Shown here: piece after piece, positions 1-7,157 of the stretch
How the letters are laid out: each line of letters opens with the position of its first letter
How positions within the stretch are numbered: the first letter of the stretch is position 1
IMG/VR virus record: IMGVR_UViG_3300020044_003908
Coordinates: 1-25,022 of that record
Strand: one strand, 5' to 3'
Length of the DNA: 25,022 bases
Source: a virus
Taxonomy: Duplodnaviria; Caudoviricetes
Translations under genes and position numbers: made by a program
The notes under the pieces: model-generated
Told to the model about the DNA's origin: nothing
Databases searched by the model: none
Seen by the model: only the letters and a program-made list of their open reading frames with translations

Positions 1-145
1 TCAAACCCTTCGCCTTGCCATGCATCATGAAGTTGGAATGGGCTGCCACCGTGGTGGACCCCTCATCCCCCATGCAGTCATCAGAAATCTGGAGAAGACA
101 TTTCTCCCCTTTGGCCAACTTAAGCAGATCAGGGTCTCTGTACAT
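1..145 (-). CDS. DUF1364/YbcO-like putative nuclease, runs off the window edge
   Basis: Manual translation from ATG at 145: MYRDPDLLKLAKGEKCLLQISDDCMGDEGSTTVAAHSNFMMHGKAKGL..., resembling the C-x-L-x-I-x3-C...TTVAAH pattern of the DUF1364 family. Not in the ORF track. Confidence 0.7.
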   Translation of the reverse strand, partial: MYRDPDLLKLAKGEKCLLQISDDCMGDEGSTTVAAHSNFMMHGKAKGL

Positions 146-590
146 AGCTTTGTCTTGCAGTGTTTGCCAGTTCAGCGGTTTCAAATACGCCAAGCCAATG
201 TGTTTTTTTATTTATGCTTATCACAGCACTCCATTTTTTACCTTTGCGACATACACCTTTGAACCCACTGGTGTTTGTTTTGTTTGCGCCTCTATTGTGC
301 TGGTTCACCCATTTCTCAACATCACGCAAGTTGCATAAGCGGTTATCATCTTTTTTCCCATTGATGTGGTCTATTTCATAAATTGGCCAATTGCCATGTG
401 TATATAGCCAAGCAAGTCTATGTCCTTTGTAAAGCTTGCCTTTAACCATCAAAGTTATATAACCATTTTTATCTTTAGATCCTGCAATATCACCAACTTT
501 TACTGCATTGCTTTTTGCTACCAATCTTGTAAAAAAACCAGTTGATGGATCGTATGACAAATGTTGTTTGAGAGTTTCTTGATTAAGCAT
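129..590 (-). CDS. HNH homing endonuclease with C-terminal AP2 DNA-binding domain
   Basis: Motifs YDPSTG.F, HRLAWLY, EIDHING.KDDNRL.NLR (HNH) and SGFKGV...KW.A.I...WLG.FET (AP2). SD GAGGT upstream; AT-rich. Confidence 0.92.
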   Translation of the reverse strand: MLNQETLKQHLSYDPSTGFFTRLVAKSNAVKVGDIAGSKDKNGYITLMVKGKLYKGHRLAWLYTHGNWPIYEIDHINGKKDDNRLCNLRDVEKWVNQHNRGANKTNTSGFKGVCRKGKKWSAVISINKKTHWLGVFETAELANTARQSYVQRP

Positions 591-626
591 GTCGCACCTC
601 GTTATTGGTGGAAACCGTTACAGATG

Positions 627-682
627 GGCACTGACAGAGTGGTAACGAATCACCTTTTCCCCCGCTAAAGGTAGTCAGTGCC
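627..682 (-). ncRNA. c4-antisense-like structured RNA upstream of the HNH gene
   Basis: 9-bp closing stem GGCACTGAC/GTCAGTGCC (682-674 with 635-627) enclosing two small hairpins. Loop AUUCGUUAC is complementary to two downstream sites. A TAGAAT -10-like box lies at 691-686. Confidence 0.6.
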
Positions 683-693
683 GCCATTCTATC

Positions 694-1017
694 TTACATC
701 TTCATTTCTGCTCTCATGTTGTAAGACTCAACTTTATAAACCTCAATACGCATCTCAGCCGCTTTCAGCATATACCGAAGATATTCTTCTTCGATAACTG
801 CCGACTTGAGTTCTTGTAGTTGATCAATGTAGCGACCGTGAGCATAAGCAAATGCTTCTTGTGCTCCAAGCGTCTTTTCATCTGACTCGCTCATCAGTTG
901 AGCTTTTACTGTCTTCAAGAATGACTCAAGATGCACTCTTTTTGCTTTTGCTTCAGCATAGTCTTTGCAGTTGTCTTGGATGTATTTGATGGCTTTGTTG
1001 GGGTCAATTGCTTCCAT
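694..1017 (-). CDS. Hypothetical helical/coiled-coil phage protein
   Basis: 107-aa ORF, coupled by overlap to the upstream gene; helical composition. Confidence 0.75.
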   Translation of the reverse strand: MEAIDPNKAIKYIQDNCKDYAEAKAKRVHLESFLKTVKAQLMSESDEKTLGAQEAFAYAHGRYIDQLQELKSAVIEEEYLRYMLKAAEMRIEVYKVESYNMRAEMKM

Positions 1018-1189
1018 TGCTTGCCTTTGCTTTGCAGTATTCAGTGAAGTTATCTCTTGCTCTCAGTCCCCTGTTTTTCAATTCAGTGGCTGCAGCTTTG
1101 ATGGCTACATGTTGGCGCTTGGCCTTTTTATCTGTTGTCCAGATGCTGGGCTCGTTGATTGTTTCAAATGCTGACTTTACTTTGCTCAT
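1004..1189 (-). CDS. Hypothetical protein
   Basis: 61-aa ORF tightly packed between neighbours, with an SD-like GGAG upstream. Confidence 0.6.
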   Translation of the reverse strand: MSKVKSAFETINEPSIWTTDKKAKRQHVAIKAAATELKNRGLRARDNFTEYCKAKASNGSN

Positions 1190-1599
1190 TTAATTTCTCC
1201 GTTTTTCATTACATGTTTCATAACTCGCTCTTTAAGATAGGTGCTACTCCAGAGGTGGCCTCGACTGTTGTAGTGAACAGGATACAAGCCCTTTCCTGTG
1301 TAATCTTGAAACTGATAATCCTCACCAATGATTCTTATGTCAATCTGTTGAGTATTCAAAAGATCCATCAAATCTTGTTCTGTGTCGTATGGAATGATTT
1401 GATCAACATACTTGCAGCCAGCCAGTTGCAGGTATCTCTCATATACGGTTTGCACAGGCTTTTCTTTGCGGCCATCAATACTTGGGTCTGTTTGCAGTCC
1501 AACAATTAGCCAGTCACACTGCGCTTTGGCCTCTCTCAACATTGCAATGTGTCCAGCATGGAGCAAATCAAATGCTGAACATGTAAATCCTATTTTCAT
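1186..1599 (-). CDS. tagD: Glycerol-3-phosphate cytidylyltransferase-like protein (TagD family)
   Basis: FDLLHAGH (HxGH) motif, LIVGLQTD, K.KPVQ...ER, GEDY and C-terminal SST motif. Confidence 0.85.
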   Translation of the reverse strand: MKIGFTCSAFDLLHAGHIAMLREAKAQCDWLIVGLQTDPSIDGRKEKPVQTVYERYLQLAGCKYVDQIIPYDTEQDLMDLLNTQQIDIRIIGEDYQFQDYTGKGLYPVHYNSRGHLWSSTYLKERVMKHVMKNGEIK

Positions 1600-1868
1600 T
1601 TGTCAATTCCTTTGATTAAATTCAATGCTTTTTTGGCTTCTTTCGCATGGTCGAAGTTGACATCTTTGTGGGTGGCAATGTCGGTCAATGCAGCAATTGC
1701 TATCGTAAGCAATTTGTGATCTGTGTTTTCTACAGATCCATCTTTCAATTGCCGAATGTAGATGGCAAAACTGTCCACAGTATCTTTGCCAAACACGGTC
1801 ATCTTTTCGATGTGCTGGCTGATTTCTTCGATCACCTGATCCCTGTATGGGTTCAATGATTTAGACAT
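1596..1868 (-). CDS. Hypothetical protein
   Basis: Probable start at ATG 1868 (MSKSLNPY...), overlapping the upstream stop; ATGA overlap with tagD. Confidence 0.65.
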   Translation of the reverse strand: MSKSLNPYRDQVIEEISQHIEKMTVFGKDTVDSFAIYIRQLKDGSVENTDHKLLTIAIAALTDIATHKDVNFDHAKEAKKALNLIKGIDK

Positions 1869-2136
1869 GTTTGTCAATGAGTCGCTGGATTCCTGCTTCA
1901 AGATTTCCATTGCCCAACTCCCTTAGATTTAGTTTCTGAATGTTGTTCAAGTTGAGCTTGAACGATTCCTCTGACTTCTCTTTTGGCCTGCCAGCGCCTG
2001 GCCTCTTACCACCCCAATCACCAACCTCCCGCCCCAGCTTGGCAGCCCTCTTTTCCCTGCGCTTTTGGCGCTTCTTGTCCATGATCCACTCAGGCGCACC
2101 TTCGGGGTATACAAATGGGTTCTCAATTGTGGCCAT
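1861..2136 (-). CDS. Small basic putative DNA-binding protein
   Basis: WGGKRPGAGRP motif (AT-hook-like), Lys/Arg-rich. Confidence 0.65.
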   Translation of the reverse strand: MATIENPFVYPEGAPEWIMDKKRQKRREKRAAKLGREVGDWGGKRPGAGRPKEKSEESFKLNLNNIQKLNLRELGNGNLEAGIQRLIDKHV

Positions 2137-2581
2137 TCTGGTTCCTTAACCAATACGCCATTAGCAAGGCTTCTGCCCGTCCATTGTCTTTCTGGCGTTT
2201 CAGTGGTGCGGTTGGCCAATGCTCTCTAGCCAGCACCAAGCTTTTGGTCTTGTCAGAATCGAGTTTCAGGGTCTTTTTCCAAGCTTGTGGCGTAACCATG
2301 TGCCAAGGGCATTTCAGTCTCTCTGCAATGGCCAAAGCGCCACCATAAGCCGTCCCGAATTTAAACGTGGATACCACTCCCTGACTGGGCATACTGTGGA
2401 CGATTTCGACCACCACTTCGCAGTCATCATTGCGCTTGGCCTCAAGGATTTCATTCCAAATTTGGTTGGTCAAGATGTGTTTGTCAGTATGGTGCATGTC
2501 GCCACAACCCATGTACTCGTTGTTGTGATCAATCATGCCCCAAGCCCCGCTAAAGCCTGGGTCTATTCCGATGTAGACCAT
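2123..2581 (-). CDS. RuvC-like Holliday junction resolvase
   Basis: N-terminal YIGIDPG, VVVE, FKFG..YG, V.PQ.WKK and DNGRAEALL motifs typical of phage RuvC-fold nucleases. Confidence 0.85.
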   Translation of the reverse strand: MVYIGIDPGFSGAWGMIDHNNEYMGCGDMHHTDKHILTNQIWNEILEAKRNDDCEVVVEIVHSMPSQGVVSTFKFGTAYGGALAIAERLKCPWHMVTPQAWKKTLKLDSDKTKSLVLAREHWPTAPLKRQKDNGRAEALLMAYWLRNQNGHN

Positions 2582-2730
2582 GTCTTCTCACTTTTCTTTT
2601 TGCTGTCCATTAGTTGCTGGCGCAGCCATTTGTAAGCTCCAAGCTTGACCCACTCTTGATACTGCCATTCAGTCAATCGGACCGCAATTGCTCTTCCACT
2701 CTTTGTTAATTCACTCTTTGGTCTGGGCAT
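2563..2730 (-). CDS. Small putative DNA-binding protein (55 aa, possibly ribbon-helix-helix)
   Basis: Manual translation MPRPKSELTKSGRAIAVRLTEWQYQEWVKLGAYKWLRQQL...; fills the gap between genes and is below the ORF-track cutoff. Confidence 0.65.
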   Translation of the reverse strand: MPRPKSELTKSGRAIAVRLTEWQYQEWVKLGAYKWLRQQLMDSKKKSEKTWSTSE

Positions 2731-2872
2731 TCTTTTCTTTCATTTGCTTTGCAAGGTCAATGGTTAGTCCACCGAATAACTCGGACTGGGTCATCTCCAA
2801 TTCTTTTGCTCTTTCCCACCCGTACTGCTTGAAACCCTTCTGAGAACACAACCGCACGAGGTGGTTCAACAT
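2711..2872 (-). CDS. Hypothetical protein (MLNHLVRLCSQKGFKQYGWERAKEL...)
   Basis: Protein-like helical sequence ending ..KEKNA.. and coupled to the next gene. Start uncertain (frame is open to 2968). Confidence 0.5.
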   Translation of the reverse strand: MLNHLVRLCSQKGFKQYGWERAKELEMTQSELFGGLTIDLAKQMKEKNAQTKE

Positions 2873-2996
2873 CCTTGTGTACGGTGTGTCCAAGATCTCC
2901 TGTTGCCCAGAGGGCTTGGGTGACTGCGATTGTTGAGTGTGCATGAATTCCAAGCTTGTGTTCATCAAGCAGTTTGTTGGCTTCGTCTTTGTTCAT
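2757..2996 (-). CDS. Hypothetical protein (MNKDEANKLLD...ALWATGDL)
   Basis: Good SD (GGAG) before ATG 2996. Confidence 0.6.
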   Translation of the reverse strand: MNKDEANKLLDEHKLGIHAHSTIAVTQALWATGDLGHTVHKDVEPPRAVVFSEGFQAVRVGKSKRIGDDPVRVIRWTNH

Positions 2997-3357
2997 AAAT
3001 TCTCCGTGGTAAACCCAAGTTGAAGACGCTGTTGCCTGTCAGGCGCTTGCGTTTGTTTGCGTTGTAGCGTCTAACATTATCCTTGCGACTGGACACGGGC
3101 TTGGGTTTGTCTTCCAAGTCGCCCAGGGCATAGACGGCCCTTGGATAGCGCCTGTCATGGGTTTCATGTTCATAGGTATAGCCTGAGATGTAAAGCCGCT
3201 TGGGAAAGGTTTTGGACGGTCTGGCCATGCGTGAAACCACCGATGACAGTGACAGTTTGTCAACTCCAATCTCTTGGCATAACTCTGCACCTGTCATTGG
3301 CCCAAGCTCTGAAAGCTTTTCCTCAATTTCTTTCACCAGAAAACCATATTTCCTCAT
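2965..3357 (-). CDS. Putative winged-helix DNA-binding protein
   Basis: Probable start ATG 3357 (ATGA-coupled); GPMTGAELCQEIGVDK..LSSVVSRM is HTH-like. Confidence 0.7.
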   Translation of the reverse strand: MRKYGFLVKEIEEKLSELGPMTGAELCQEIGVDKLSLSSVVSRMARPSKTFPKRLYISGYTYEHETHDRRYPRAVYALGDLEDKPKPVSSRKDNVRRYNANKRKRLTGNSVFNLGLPRRIYEQRRSQQTA

Positions 3358-3524
3358 GTTTTCTTTTCCTTGAGCATCTCGACATATTGGCATAGTCTGG
3401 CAAACACGGCTGGCCATAAAGCCACCGTCTTGTTTTCGTGGTGATTTACGGCCAACCAAATTTGATGGCCATCAAAGCTGGCGTATACCCCATCGCCAAG
3501 GTATGTGTCATTGCCTTCAATCAT
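3354..3524 (-). CDS. Hypothetical phage protein (YLGDGVY motif)
   Basis: Start ATG 3524 with ATGA coupling and AAGGA SD; 56 aa. Confidence 0.7.
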   Translation of the reverse strand: MIEGNDTYLGDGVYASFDGHQIWLAVNHHENKTVALWPAVFARLCQYVEMLKEKKT

Positions 3525-3856
3525 GTGTTTTCCTTTGGTGGTGTGCAAGTGTGAATGTCGTTTGTGCGTTTGCCGCATCGTGGGCAGAAGTTCTGCTCTA
3601 GCTGTGGTGGGACGTTTGCACATTCGGGAAACTGTGTGAATCCTTTGGTGCATAAATACATACAAGCTCTGTCACACAAAACATCAGGCTTCATCCACGC
3701 CAAAGGCTCTTGGCTTTCCAATTCTGCAATGGCTTGGCGTAAAGCTTGGCGCATATCGTCTTTGGTTTTCTGCATGGAGTAGTGCTTCAAAGCAGACCCC
3801 GAAGCTTTCAAGATGTTGTCCAAGTAAAAATCAAGCCAATCATCAGTCATCATCAA
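3521..3856 (-). CDS. Hypothetical protein with C-terminal Zn-ribbon-like motif
   Basis: EPLAW segment and FCPRCG...HTC ending; exact start among the tandem Met codons is uncertain. Confidence 0.65.
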   Translation of the reverse strand: MMMTDDWLDFYLDNILKASGSALKHYSMQKTKDDMRQALRQAIAELESQEPLAWMKPDVLCDRACMYLCTKGFTQFPECANVPPQLEQNFCPRCGKRTNDIHTCTPPKENT

Positions 3857-3966
3857 TCCTTTAAAAATTCAATTGCATAGGCAATCAAGCCCACTATGCC
3901 AATCAACATGACCAAAGCGCCAGCAAGCGCCAAGGTCAACAATAAGACGTTCAAGAAGCTTTCCAT
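3853..3966 (-). CDS. Small single-pass membrane protein (37 aa)
   Basis: Manual translation MESFLNVLLLTLALAGALVMLIGIVGLIAYAIEFLKD; fills the gap with coupled ends. Confidence 0.55.
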   Translation of the reverse strand: MESFLNVLLLTLALAGALVMLIGIVGLIAYAIEFLKD

Positions 3967-4283
3967 TCCCGCTCCTTACGGCCAGCTTTGGATGTGACTG
4001 TGTTGCCTGTCAACTCGACCAATGCCATCTTCTGCAACTCAGGCAGTCTACGGGCCACAGCATTGGGGTCTAGGCCAGTCTTTTGGGCGATCATGTCCTT
4101 ACCCATTGGCCCATGCTCAATCAGGGCTAGGTGGATGATCTGGAAGTGTTTGGATGCGGTTGTGACTTGGTCAGCAGCTTGGTGGCTGGTCACTGGATCT
4201 GAATTGCGGGATCTACCAAAGATGGGTAAATCAAAAAATGCTTTAACACTGCCGCCAAAATGGATGTTGTCTAGTTTGCTCAT
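3951..4283 (-). CDS. Putative HTH DNA-binding protein
   Basis: Start ATG 4283 after AGGAG; R.SDPVTSHQAA motif, then GPMGKDMIAQKTGLDPNAVARRLPEL winged HTH. Confidence 0.75.
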   Translation of the reverse strand: MSKLDNIHFGGSVKAFFDLPIFGRSRNSDPVTSHQAADQVTTASKHFQIIHLALIEHGPMGKDMIAQKTGLDPNAVARRLPELQKMALVELTGNTVTSKAGRKEREWKAS

Positions 4284-4314
4284 GATGTTCTCCTGAAAAG
4301 TCTCTTGAAAAGGT

Positions 4315-4377
4315 AGAGGTACTCGCTGCACTGGTGCAATTGCCTTGCGTATCGATGCCAGCATCCGCTTTCCCTCT
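4315..4377 (-). ncRNA. Putative structured intergenic RNA with loop-E/bulged-G-like internal loop
   Basis: AGAGG-GAAA-GC-GGA-UGCUGG...CCAGUGCA-GC-GAGUA-CCUCU on the minus strand, sitting in one of the few intergenic gaps. Confidence 0.5.
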
Positions 4378-4382
4378 GATGG

Positions 4383-4589
4383 TTATTCTACCAAAGTTAA
4401 TTGCTCTGAGTCTACGGCGCTTTCAACGCTGATGCCTTTTTGCAACGCATCGACCAACTCGTTTTGTGTTGCCACTTTGACGGTGATCAATGCTTTGGCC
4501 ACATGGCTCATGGCCTGGGCACGATGGCCAGCACGAACTAAGCGGGTGTCTTGGCCGTGGCCAACAATGTAAATGCGTGAGTTATCCAT
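4383..4589 (-). CDS. Hypothetical phage protein
   Basis: 68 aa, AGGA SD, RIYIVG...TRLVRA pattern. Confidence 0.75.
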   Translation of the reverse strand: MDNSRIYIVGHGQDTRLVRAGHRAQAMSHVAKALITVKVATQNELVDALQKGISVESAVDSEQLTLVE

Positions 4590-4600
4590 GTTATTCCTAG

Positions 4601-4867
4601 TTAAAAGGGGGCATCCTCAAAGTCATCAAAGCCAGTCTTGCCACCTTTGCGGGTTGGCTCCGAACTTTGACGGGCGGCTGGGGCTTTGGGTTTGATGGAC
4701 AGAGACAAAAACTTGCCTTTGGGTCCTTCTTTGATCCAGCCATTCAGCCAGTATTCAGTGCCTTCCACGTTGATCTGACCGTTGTAGTCAGCATGGGTGT
4801 CACTCTCTTTTTTTTCATTCCGAGCCAAAGTGCCTCGGTTGGTGTTGTCGAACTTTCTTTGTTCCAT
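4601..4867 (-). CDS. Single-stranded DNA-binding protein (short phage type)
   Basis: N.G.L..N..K....ADY.G.I.V.G.EYWL.GW core, acidic tail DDFEDAPF, located directly after ERF. Confidence 0.8.
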   Translation of the reverse strand: MEQRKFDNTNRGTLARNEKKESDTHADYNGQINVEGTEYWLNGWIKEGPKGKFLSLSIKPKAPAARQSSEPTRKGGKTGFDDFEDAPF

Positions 4868-4876
4868 GTTTCTCTC

Positions 4877-5530
4877 TTAAAGTGTTTTCGCTTTTTTAAT
4901 TGCGCTTCTTGTGGCTGAATCCATTTGATTGGACAGCCACACCTCTTGGTCTGCTTCAAGTGCGTTGGATTTGATCAAGTCATAGGCTTCCCTTGCCTTG
5001 CCATTTGCAACTAACTCTTTGCAGCTTTCTGCCAACTCCATCAAGAATTCCTTAATGTCGTTTGGCAGGTCGTCACCAATACCACCTTTTGGGGTGATGA
5101 TCGGTGCATCTCCTTTGCGGCCTGTGGTGGCATCCAAGGCATCGTGTTCAACGATCTCCATTGCAGTGACCCACAGGTAGCGGCGCTGATATGTTTCAAC
5201 AGCACCAATGTTCTGGACTTCATGGCAGCCCTTCAAAGCGGCTGAACCAAATGGGCTGGTGATTGTGATCATTCCACCGTTTTCAACGTCCACAATTTCC
5301 AGCGTGGCCACATCTTTGGTGAACGACACAATGCCAATCAGGCCAAGATCATCAAAGATCTCCATTGTCGGTTGCAAGAAGTCACCCAACTCAAAATAGT
5401 TGTAGCCAGCAAACTTGTTGTAGCCTGACTTCTTGAGGGTTTTACTGCGAAGCTTGCCCCGTGCTGCTGCCAGCTTGCGGTATACCTCCATGTTTGCTTT
5501 GCTTACTTCATTCATTGTGTTTTGCTCCAT
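4877..5530 (-). CDS. erf: ERF-family ssDNA annealing protein
   Basis: KKSG.NKF..Y.YFEL.DF and Q.IGA.ETY.RRYL...A.EI.E.D..DA motifs. Confidence 0.88.
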   Translation of the reverse strand: MEQNTMNEVSKANMEVYRKLAAARGKLRSKTLKKSGYNKFAGYNYFELGDFLQPTMEIFDDLGLIGIVSFTKDVATLEIVDVENGGMITITSPFGSAALKGCHEVQNIGAVETYQRRYLWVTAMEIVEHDALDATTGRKGDAPIITPKGGIGDDLPNDIKEFLMELAESCKELVANGKAREAYDLIKSNALEADQEVWLSNQMDSATRSAIKKAKTL

Positions 5531-5724
5531 GTTTCATACTCTTTGATTTCTGCTTGCAAGATTTCATCTTGTGCTGCTTGGTCCAGATCCTTGAATGTGC
5601 CAAAGTGGTTTTCTTGGCAGCAGCTTGTGTTTTCGTATTTGGGCTCCAAACAGTAGTAGCAATACTCTTGATCGGATCTCTTGTGCTGTGTCAGCAACTC
5701 TTGTTTGTACTCGTTCATTCTCAT
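5512..5724 (-). CDS. Small Cys-containing hypothetical protein
   Basis: YCYYC...SCCQENHF, a possible metal-binding motif. Confidence 0.7.
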   Translation of the reverse strand: MRMNEYKQELLTQHKRSDQEYCYYCLEPKYENTSCCQENHFGTFKDLDQAAQDEILQAEIKEYETWSKTQ

Positions 5725-5734
5725 AATGTTTCTC

Positions 5735-5884
5735 TCAGGTGAACCATAAAAAAAAGCCGTGGAAGATTCCTATTGGAAAGAAGATCGCACCAGCGAGGAG
5801 AAAGCCCCAGGCGGCGTTTCCAAAGCAATAGAAGATGTGGGTCAGCCACGCAAAGAAGCAACCCCAGCCAATCAGATAACCCAT
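5735..5884 (-). CDS. Small two-TM membrane protein (49 aa)
   Basis: ATG 5884 after GGAGG; MGYLIGWGCFFAWLTHIFYCF...FFPIGIFHGFFLWFT. Confidence 0.7.
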   Translation of the reverse strand: MGYLIGWGCFFAWLTHIFYCFGNAAWGFLLAGAIFFPIGIFHGFFLWFT

Positions 5885-5985
5885 TTGAATGCCTCCAGTA
5901 CAGGGAAGAATCCAATGATTGACCAAAGGACGACTGCCACCAAGAACTCTGTGCCCGACTGGACACGCTTTTCAATGCTATTCAT
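5872..5985 (-). CDS. Small membrane protein (37 aa)
   Basis: Manual translation MNSIEKRVQSGTEFLVAVVLWSIIGFFPVLEAFKWVI; AAGGA SD. Confidence 0.5.
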   Translation of the reverse strand: MNSIEKRVQSGTEFLVAVVLWSIIGFFPVLEAFKWVI

Positions 5986-5996
5986 TTCAATTCCTT

Positions 5997-6200
5997 TCAG
6001 AGCAAGCTCTCAAAATATTCCAATGCTTTCATTCGGACCAAGTCGGTGATGTTCTGGCCATCAGGGGTCAGCACACCGTCCAACTCAAAAGCGCCATCAG
6101 CGTTGCGGCTGTACTGAAGCATCAGGTGGATGCCCTCGTACATGATCTCTCTGGTGTACTGGCCAGTCTTGATGTTGAAGTTTGTTTTATCTTGAGACAT
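5997..6200 (-). CDS. Hypothetical protein
   Basis: Probable start ATG 6200 (MSQDKTNF...), overlapping the end of the upstream gene. Confidence 0.6.
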   Translation of the reverse strand: MSQDKTNFNIKTGQYTREIMYEGIHLMLQYSRNADGAFELDGVLTPDGQNITDLVRMKALEYFESLL

Positions 6201-6381
6201 ATACGATACCGAGAATGAAGCCGCCAATGAAAACACCGATGTATCCAATGAGGGTGTCGATGTCTCTTTCGATTGAAGTTTTTTTGCCAAATGGATTTGT
6301 GTCCATGTCGTGAGGGAATGCTTCTCTGAGTGTTCTAGGGAAGCACCGTGTGCCATTGACATCGTAGTACTGGGGGCTCAT
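6187..6381 (-). CDS. Hypothetical protein with C-terminal TM helix
   Basis: Start ATG 6381 (ATGA-coupled); TRCFPRTLREAFP motif and hydrophobic C-terminus. Confidence 0.65.
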   Translation of the reverse strand: MSPQYYDVNGTRCFPRTLREAFPHDMDTNPFGKKTSIERDIDTLIGYIGVFIGGFILGIVYVSR

Positions 6382-6584
6382 CTGCTTTCCTTGAAAGGAT
6401 CGCCCCAAGAGGACATTACGCCCGTTTGTGTGTTCAGCAGTTGGTCGCCGAATTGCTCGACTACTTGTCCGTTGTTTCCTACCCATGAGTTACCCAATTT
6501 TGTGAAAGTATTGCCGTGATCCGACACCTTCATGGTTTCTGTCTCATAGTAGGTGTGGCCTGAAAAAATATTGATTTTGAACAT
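6378..6584 (-). CDS. Hypothetical beta-rich protein
   Basis: Start ATG 6584 (TGATG-coupled, GGAG SD); 68 aa. Confidence 0.65.
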   Translation of the reverse strand: MFKINIFSGHTYYETETMKVSDHGNTFTKLGNSWVGNNGQVVEQFGDQLLNTQTGVMSSWGDPFKESR

Positions 6585-6826
6585 CAGAAGCTCCAACCAA
6601 ATTTTTTGATCCAGTATTCCACAGGTGTGTGGGATACCACTGATTCCCGCATTGCAGCAACGGTCAGGTCGTTGATGTAAGTGGATGGGTCTTTTTCATA
6701 AAAGAACTCTTTCATGTCGTCCATCATCAATGCCACTGCATCGTCCAGATACAGGGCTGTGGCCCGACTGATCACCATCTGGCTTGTTGCCTCTGGCTGA
6801 TAGATCAACTTAGTTTCAAACGTCAT
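6584..6826 (-). CDS. Hypothetical protein, first gene of the leftward operon
   Basis: Strong SD AAGGAG; 80 aa. Confidence 0.75.
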   Translation of the reverse strand: MTFETKLIYQPEATSQMVISRATALYLDDAVALMMDDMKEFFYEKDPSTYINDLTVAAMRESVVSHTPVEYWIKKFGWSF

Positions 6827-6854
6827 TACTCTCTCCTTTGTGTTACGCCAAAAA

Positions 6855-6893
6855 TGACAATTGCAGTGTCGGAGATACCAAAGTAATTGTCAA
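6855..6893 (-). promoter_or_regulatory. Leftward sigma70-like promoter with flanking inverted repeat (candidate operator)
   Basis: TTGACA (6893-6888), 17-nt spacer, GACACT (6870-6865). Inverted repeat TGACAATT 6855-6862 / AATTGTCA 6885-6892. Confidence 0.6.
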
Positions 6894-6940
6894 ACAGTTG
6901 CATTAAATAGACACACGTTTTACTCAAGTAATATGGGCTG

Positions 6941-6949
6941 TGATACATT
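6941..6949 (+). promoter_or_regulatory. Candidate extended -10 promoter for the cro-like gene
   Basis: TG-A-TACATT about 30 nt upstream of the ATG; no well-spaced -35. Confidence 0.4.
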
Positions 6950-6980
6950 AAACCCATCGACAACAAAACAGGAGAATCCT

Positions 6981-7157
6981 ATGACCGTAGTGGAGCTTGA
7001 AAAGAAAACCACACTCTACAAAGTGGGGCAGTTGCTGGGCTTGACCTACCCTGCTGTGTACAAGTGGCGCAAAACCAACAAGATCCCAGCCCTTCGCCTT
7101 TTTCAGTTGAAAGAGATGAAGCCTGAGTGGTTTGCAGACCAACCCCAAAAAGTTTGA
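6981..7157 (+). CDS. Cro-like HTH transcriptional regulator
   Basis: ATG 6981 after AGGAG; LYKVGQLLGLTYPAVYKW...IP.LR..QL....PEWF; first gene of the divergent operon. Confidence 0.85.
   Translation: MTVVELEKKTTLYKVGQLLGLTYPAVYKWRKTNKIPALRLFQLKEMKPEWFADQPQKV

Noticed and set aside
627-682. tRNA gene
   Set aside because: Too short; lacks a T-loop GTTCRA and an anticodon arm.
129-693. Group I intron carrying the HNH gene
   Set aside because: The flanking genes have their own start and stop, and there is no room for an intron core; the HNH looks free-standing.
4284-4364. N-terminal extension of ORF 3951-4364
   Set aside because: The strong AGGAG SD precedes ATG 4283, and the extension runs through the structured RNA element.
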